From Octopus bimaculoides (taxonomy: Eukaryota): a stretch of 34,676 bases of DNA. Below the pieces are notes generated by a model, which was given only the letters and a program-made list of their open reading frames with translations, did no database searches and was not told the DNA's origin. Below are positions 33,894 through 34,676 of the stretch, piece after piece. The stretch lies in assembly GCF_001194135.2 (NCBI RefSeq), contig NC_068985.1:5646625-5681300 (forward strand), in the 5' to 3' direction. Position 1 is the stretch's first letter. Every line of letters begins with the position of its first letter. A program made the position numbers and the translations under genes.

Positions 33894-34187
33894 ATACACA
33901 GAGACAGACAAACAGACAGCTTCACATACACACGCACGCACGCACACACATGCACACTCTCTAGTAGACGTTTACCTATATACAGAAACAGCCTCAAATT
34001 CAATCTCACTGACGTAAGCCTAATCAGTGAAGAATCACATACGTATTGATATGAAACAGATGATCGACCAAGTGGAGGCAGATATAATAGAGCGGAAATT
34101 GTTTCCTAGAGGCACACCGTGTATACGCAAACTCCCGCTGAGAAATGGATGTTTATAGATATACACAAACACACATACTAACTCCCG

Positions 34188-34260
<73 letters not shown>

Positions 34261-34348
34261 TTATTTCTACACATATACAGCGGCAAGAGTGCATGAGTCA
34301 AATAATCTATACCTCTATTTATCTATCTATCTATCTATCTATCTATCT
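33846..34348. repeat. (AC)n, (TA)n and (ATCT)n microsatellites
   Basis: Direct reading. Confidence 0.95.
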
Positions 34349-34350
34349 TC

Positions 34351-34676
34351 TATAAGAGGAGCAAGAAAAGAAAAGCAAACACAAACAAAGCAGGGAGATA
34401 CACAACTCCCGAAAACACTCCAGACACCAACACAAGCACACACAACTACAACACAAGCAACAAAACCCCAAAAGCAAGTACACACACAATGCTCACTGCC
34501 ATCAACACAAAAAACTCAGAGTTGATGGAATACATCAACACAAAAACAAACATAACAAACGAAGACATAAAAACCAGCAACCACCCATACACAACACCGC
34601 CAGAACACATCAAAATACTACACATAACACCAACCCTACACCACACACTAAAATCTATTTTTCCAAAGGCAGTTGG
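34351..34676 (+). mobile_element. Possible 5' ORF region of an A/C-rich non-LTR retrotransposon, truncated by the window end
   Basis: Composition shifts abruptly to T-poor, A/C-rich sequence after (ATCT)n. One frame is open from 34351 to the window end (YKRSKKRKANTNKAGRYTTPENTPD...MLTAINTKNSELMEYINTK...TPTLHHTLKSIFPKAV). No diagnostic motif was seen. Confidence 0.4.

Overview
This is AT-rich, microsatellite-dense eukaryotic DNA from a gapped scaffold with 9 N-runs. The SINE families and repeat landscape suggest a coleoid cephalopod, most likely Octopus (inference from sequence recognition, no database search). I found no recognisable host protein-coding gene, rRNA, genuine tRNA gene or CRISPR array, so the window looks intronic or intergenic. 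Nearly all listed ORFs are artefacts of microsatellites, N-gaps or repeats. The well-supported content is transposon debris. It includes three tRNA-derived SINE families (called A, B and C here, about 25 copies or fragments), two decayed Tc1/mariner transposases, an RTE LINE 3' fragment and a hAT/Charlie-type MITE with an 8-bp TSD. There is also a young 5'-truncated R4/Dong-type RLE retrotransposon in an (AAT)n tract, nested inside an old copy of the same clade. The best leads not explained by repeats are a perfect 19-bp hairpin (20849-20890), a canonically spaced E-box/CCAAT/GC-box/Inr promoter candidate with a splice donor (21453-21835), a tandem double CRE next to a small inverted-repeat element carrying a tRNA T-arm (11574-11801), and a TATA+Inr core promoter candidate (3420-3455). 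I cannot support a claim of a new multi-gene system from this sequence alone.
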